Origin: Deltaproteobacteria bacterium
GTDB taxonomy: Bacteria > Myxococcota > JACRCW01
DNA length: 20,000 nucleotides
Direction: 5' to 3'
Assembly (NCBI GenBank): GCA_016218805.1
Contig: JACRCW010000076.1
Span: 49,439-69,438, forward strand
This document shows, one piece after another, positions 17,201 through 20,000 of this stretch (within the stretch, counting starts at the first letter, position 1; every line of letters starts with the position of its first letter). The notes beneath the pieces were generated by a model. The model was not told the origin of the DNA. It was given only the letters and a program-made list of their open reading frames with translations, and ran no database searches. Made by a program: the position numbers and the translations under genes.

Positions 17201-19180
17201 GGTGAGCACCGCCGCCACCACACGCTGGAGGTTGGACGCCGCGCCCAGGTGGACAAAGTAGCCCTCCGTCCCGTCGTCAGCCCAGTGATAGGTCTGCGCC
17301 AGGGGGAGCGCGTCCCCAGCCGGCAGCCGCAGGGTGGGCACGGTGGCGTCCGCGCCGGAGACCGTCACCACGGGCCGGCTGGGCACGGTCGTCGGGTCAC
17401 CGGGGCCCATGGTGCCGTCCTGGTCCTGGTCCACAAACGCAAACACGTACCAGTTGCCGTCAAACGCGCCCGTGATGCTGAACGCCTGCGCGCCGGCGGG
17501 CTGCACCACGCGCTGGACGAACGCGCCCGCCGCCTCCATGAACATCACGACGTACAGCGGCCCGGTGGCGGTGATGCCCGTGAGGTCCACCACGCCCTGC
17601 ACGCGGTGCCCGCCGGTGCGCGGCCCGGTGGTGACGGGCGGCGAGGCCGCGGACGGCGCGCCCTCCGTCCCGTGGTTGTACGCGCGCACGCGCACGTAAT
17701 AGCTCCCGTCCGCCAGCTCCAGCACGGCAAACGGCGCGGTGGTGGGCAGGCGCCGGCTCGCCGCAATGGTGCCAAACGACGACGAGGTGGACGCTTCCAC
17801 CAGCACCTCGTCCGCCAGCATGCGCCCGTTGTTGTCCCGCGCCACGGTCCACCCGGCAATGATGCAGCCCTCCGCCGGGATGACCATCTCCAGGCCCGCG
17901 GCCCCGGGCGCCACGCTGGGCGGGGCGTTCATCTGGACCACCAGCCCGTTGACGTCGTTCCCCTGCAGGTCGAACTGCACCTCGCCCATCGGGTCCACCG
18001 CTTCGTTGAACGCGCCGGTGTCCTGCACGTCCATCCACGCCGCCACGCGCATGAAACCGCCGCGTTCAACGCCGCGGATGGTGAACGCGCCGGGCGCGTC
18101 CAGCGCGGTGCCGCCCATGGGCCGGCGCCGGTCATTGTCAAACACCACCACAAAGACCCGGCCCGTGTCTGACCCGGTGAACTGCACGGTGCCGGACACG
18201 GAGGGCAGCACCACCTGGATGGTGGCCACGTCGCTCTTGGAGGGGTCCTGTTCGCTGGTGGCGCGCACGTGGAAGCTGCCGCCCAGGTACGGCGCGGTGT
18301 AGGCGCCCAGGGCGGTGATGGTCCCGCCGTCAGGTTCCACCACGCTCCACGTCACGGCGGTGTTGGACGCGTTGGTGACGGTGGCCATGAACGTCTGGTT
18401 CTCCCCGCGGCGCAGCTCCACCTGCCGCGGGTTCACCGTCACGGAGACCTGCGGGGTGGAGGTCACGGTGATTGTGGCCTCGCCAGACGCGGTGGGCGCA
18501 ACGCGGCTGGTGGCGCGCACGTGGTAGGTCCCCGTGGTGCTCGGGGCGGTGTACAGGCCCGCGGCATCCACCGTGCCGCCGCCGGTCTCCACCACGCTCC
18601 AGTCCACCGCGGCGTCACCGGTCCCGGTGACCACCGCCAGGAACGCCTGCTGCTGGTCCGGGTTCAGCGCCGCGGTGGCGGGCTCCACGGCCACCGTGAC
18701 GTTGAGGACCGTGCCGCTGCTGCCTGCCCCCGACGCGCTCACCGCACCCGACGAGGCGGCCCCGCCCGACGACGACGCCGCGCCTGAGGAGGCGACGCTG
18801 CCCGAGGACGCGACGCTGCCCGACGAGACGATGCTGCCCGAGGACCCGACGCTGCCCGACGACACGACGCTGCCCGACGACACGACGCTGCCCGACGACA
18901 CGACGCTGCCCGACGACGCGGTCAATCCCGAGGTGGCCGCCGCGGAGGAGGCGCCGCTGGAGGCGGCCAGGGAGCTGGCCGTGCCGGACCCGCCGCTGGA
19001 GGAGCCGCCACCCGAGCTTCCCCCGGACACCGACCCGCTGGAGGACGACGACGAGGATGCCCCGGAAGAGCCGGAGGATGAGCTGGAGCTGCCGTTGTCG
19101 TCGTCATCCGACGGATTGGGGCAGCCCACCAGGGCCAGCAGGGAGAGGGAGAGGACCAGCCGCGAAGTCACCGTGCGCAT
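14201..19180 (-). CDS. Large surface lipoprotein (~1659 aa) with a Ser/Gly linker, six Ig-like (Big_2-type) repeats and two copies of an FN3/beta-sandwich module
   Basis: Signal MRTVTSRLVLSLSLLALVG-C (lipobox LVGC) and a Ser/Gly-rich spacer. Six repeats of V.V.P....L......F.A.VTG..N.AV.WSV.E..GGTV...G.YTAP...G.YHV.A.S. Duplicated module starting VSGTV.(F/Y)T....GR(V/I)(F/Y)V. DxDxDG-like motifs DQDQDGTMGPGD and DTNHDGVLDRGD. Confidence 0.9.
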   Translation of the reverse strand: MRTVTSRLVLSLSLLALVGCPNPSDDDDNGSSSSSSGSSGASSSSSSSGSVSGGSSGGGSSSGGSGTASSLAASSGASSAAATSGLTASSGSVVSSGSVVSSGSVVSSGSVGSSGSIVSSGSVASSGSVASSGAASSSGGAASSGAVSASGAGSSGTVLNVTVAVEPATAALNPDQQQAFLAVVTGTGDAAVDWSVVETGGGTVDAAGLYTAPSTTGTYHVRATSRVAPTASGEATITVTSTPQVSVTVNPRQVELRRGENQTFMATVTNASNTAVTWSVVEPDGGTITALGAYTAPYLGGSFHVRATSEQDPSKSDVATIQVVLPSVSGTVQFTGSDTGRVFVVVFDNDRRRPMGGTALDAPGAFTIRGVERGGFMRVAAWMDVQDTGAFNEAVDPMGEVQFDLQGNDVNGLVVQMNAPPSVAPGAAGLEMVIPAEGCIIAGWTVARDNNGRMLADEVLVEASTSSSFGTIAASRRLPTTAPFAVLELADGSYYVRVRAYNHGTEGAPSAASPPVTTGPRTGGHRVQGVVDLTGITATGPLYVVMFMEAAGAFVQRVVQPAGAQAFSITGAFDGNWYVFAFVDQDQDGTMGPGDPTTVPSRPVVTVSGADATVPTLRLPAGDALPLAQTYHWADDGTEGYFVHLGAASNLQRVVAAVLTGGPQAAPPRDLGVADAEFGALSVVTDLYAGLRRPVVGDVYDVDATLADNTVVTLHPRVSGVLELPTLTSPQGTVAAPVQFAWAPAAGAPGALHYAMSVSRDGGNGDLWRVDSLDPSMTTFTYDFDGRAMEPLVAGGRYRWRLEASDQDGNYAAVGAAFSLPVQVTVEPATATVNRLGQQVFLATVTGGGGVDWSVEETGGGTVTPEGLYTAPNVTGTFHVVAAARVDANQVARATVTVTDAPQVQVVLAPLNVVLGGGQLQKFAATVTGSGNTAVTWSVVESSGGVVALDGTYTAPPTPGTYHVRAVSSADTNKSAVATVRVLLQPPVSVRLAPAAATLAPGEPADFRADITGSGNTAVTWSVDGTGGGTVDANGHYVAPTTPGDYTVRATSAADGSASGTAVVHVTSTITVAIHPALATVPLGDTQAFTTLVTGSTDKTVTFTVTEGAAGGTVSAAGVYTAPASGTGSYHVVATHAGGAATATVTVVGTVRSVSGTVNYTRGASGRIYVGLTWGAAGDGLMATTSLAEPGPYHLRGRWGPGNYTVVAWVDTLGSQFPVSSSPTGTAQVNLSSSVTGADVTITDPGPVAFPPPRWVWANSAPGVAMVRFESPLDSMQREMADAFRLYVGRDTPAGPGESIWVRTVPAGRAHAAMVAPLADGEYWVTAAPLVQGREGPTGQPQRFRVGPAPVGNTVQGTVTLPGGAGGTLYVLLQGGPNGDYFTRVPGASGTVPFSVPGVQPGRYSVVALLDTNHDGVLDRGDLVGATGLQGRTVAINGDATLPALTMPGPDTRAAVMTRHNAEYTGTAFINEGFGLQLEVAGQARQPVAVSQQAGGLGGLPVDLSLARGPQDWAPPTWMASSWDGSQTASGATLEFNVLYDDGTVERVTGTVGETLVLPRPVSPLGNAAGTLVPTFTWLAPNPVPTVHTYYVHLSPDAGYPRFWDAWDLAAGTLSVTYNYDGRASPPALTSGTGYQWQVEIMDDVGNSATAGARFVAMP
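18790..18915 (-). repeat. In-frame 18-bp tandem repeat (7 units) encoding SSGS(V/I)(V/A/G)
   Basis: Plus-strand unit acacgacgctgcccgacg is identical three times (18862-18915), with four variant copies at 18790-18861. Confidence 0.92.
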
Positions 19181-19267
19181 GGGGAACCCCTGTTCAGGAG
19201 ACGAAAACGGAGCGGGAATCTGCCCCACGGCGCGGCCAAAGGCCATGCCTGCGGTCACGCCCGGGAC

Positions 19268-19921
19268 TCACCCGGGGCTGGCGTAGGCGGTGACGGTCTT
19301 CCACTCGTCAGGGTGGAAGGCGGCCAGCCACCGCCAGGCGGGCACCACGGCGGCCGGCCCCAGCGGCTGGATGCGCGCAAACTTCCGCTCCGCCCGCTCC
19401 TGCTCCGTGGGGGTGATGCCCATCCCGGCCAGGATCTCCTCCACCACTTCAGGGCTGCCCTGGACCTCCAGGTGCGGGTGGTTCCACCCGCGCACCACGG
19501 ACGCGTACCAGTGCCCGCGCGGGCCGGACGCCCAGGCGGACAGGTACGCGCTGCCTGTCTCCGGCGCGTCCGCCAGGATGTCCACCAGCCGTGCCACCGC
19601 CCCGCGGTCCTTCAGGTTGAACAACCGCGACAGAAGCTGGACGTCCAGACGCGCTACCAGGGGCGCCAGCGCGTCCGCGTCCACCCACCACGCCGGTCCG
19701 CCGGCGTTGCGCACGCCCGCCACCTCCCGCACCGCGGTGTCCACCCATGTCTCCTGCGCCGGGTCCTGGGGCAGGTCCTGGTCCCGCCCCAAGGCGGGGA
19801 TGCGCAGCAGCACGCGCTCCCCGTCGGCGGAGAACGTGAAGTCCCAGCGGTCACGTCGATAGGTGCGGCATTCGCCCAGCGCCGGCTCCAGGGGCGGCAC
19901 GGCGCGGGCGTCCCCGGACAT
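19268..19921 (-). CDS. Hypothetical protein (217 aa), translationally coupled to rho
   Basis: ATG overlaps the rho stop codon (TGATG at 19923-19919). GC-rich third positions. Trp-rich, no motif recognised. Confidence 0.7.
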   Translation of the reverse strand: MSGDARAVPPLEPALGECRTYRRDRWDFTFSADGERVLLRIPALGRDQDLPQDPAQETWVDTAVREVAGVRNAGGPAWWVDADALAPLVARLDVQLLSRLFNLKDRGAVARLVDILADAPETGSAYLSAWASGPRGHWYASVVRGWNHPHLEVQGSPEVVEEILAGMGITPTEQERAERKFARIQPLGPAAVVPAWRWLAAFHPDEWKTVTAYASPG

Positions 19922-20000
19922 CACGCGCTCATGGAGTCCAGGAATTCCTTGTTGCTCTTGGTCTGCTTCATGCGGCTGAGCAGGAACTCCATGGAGTCAA
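19921..20000 (-). CDS. rho: Transcription termination factor Rho, C-terminal fragment
   Basis: Manual translation ...DSMEFLLSRMKQTKSNKEFLDSMSA* matches the characteristic Rho C-terminus pattern (D(A/S)MEFL..(K/R)(L/M)..TK(S/T)N..F...M). Only 25 codons are visible. Confidence 0.85.
   Translation of the reverse strand, partial: DSMEFLLSRMKQTKSNKEFLDSMSA

Noticed and set aside
12781..19199. 11-bp inverted match TCCTGAACAGG (12781-12791) and its reverse complement (19189-19199) as possible element ends
   Set aside because: An 11-bp match is expected by chance in 20 kb, and there is no transposase/recombinase or target-site duplication.
14402..19286. Long plus-strand ORFs antisense to the large lipoprotein, including the acidic TLPDD-repeat ORF 18534-19286
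   Set aside because: Mirror translations of the lipoprotein's repeats. The minus frame has the signal peptide, lipobox and coherent domains.

Overview
Very GC-rich bacterial DNA; the gene content looks Myxococcota-like, which is an inference. Most genes are on the minus strand. Right to left they are: the 3' end of rho, a translationally coupled hypothetical gene, and a ~1660-aa Ig/FN3-repeat surface lipoprotein. Next comes a plus-strand accessory block (11256-14106) with a secreted protein, a lower-GC Cys-rich lipoprotein, a ~300-bp non-coding 22-bp-period repeat array, and an internally duplicated alpha-helical protein. A minus-strand run follows: class I/II PLP aminotransferase, VOC/glyoxalase, polytopic GT-C-like membrane protein, 1234-aa helical-repeat protein, MacAB-type ABC exporter (adaptor, ATPase, permease), and a partial arsenite methyltransferase (ArsM). 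The ORF track missed ArsM and rho because they run off the window edges. The most unusual element is the phased 22-bp array at 12862-13168. It alternates YCGR(A) and TGCAG motifs separated by variable bases and is followed by a dyad-rich leader and the helical-bundle gene.
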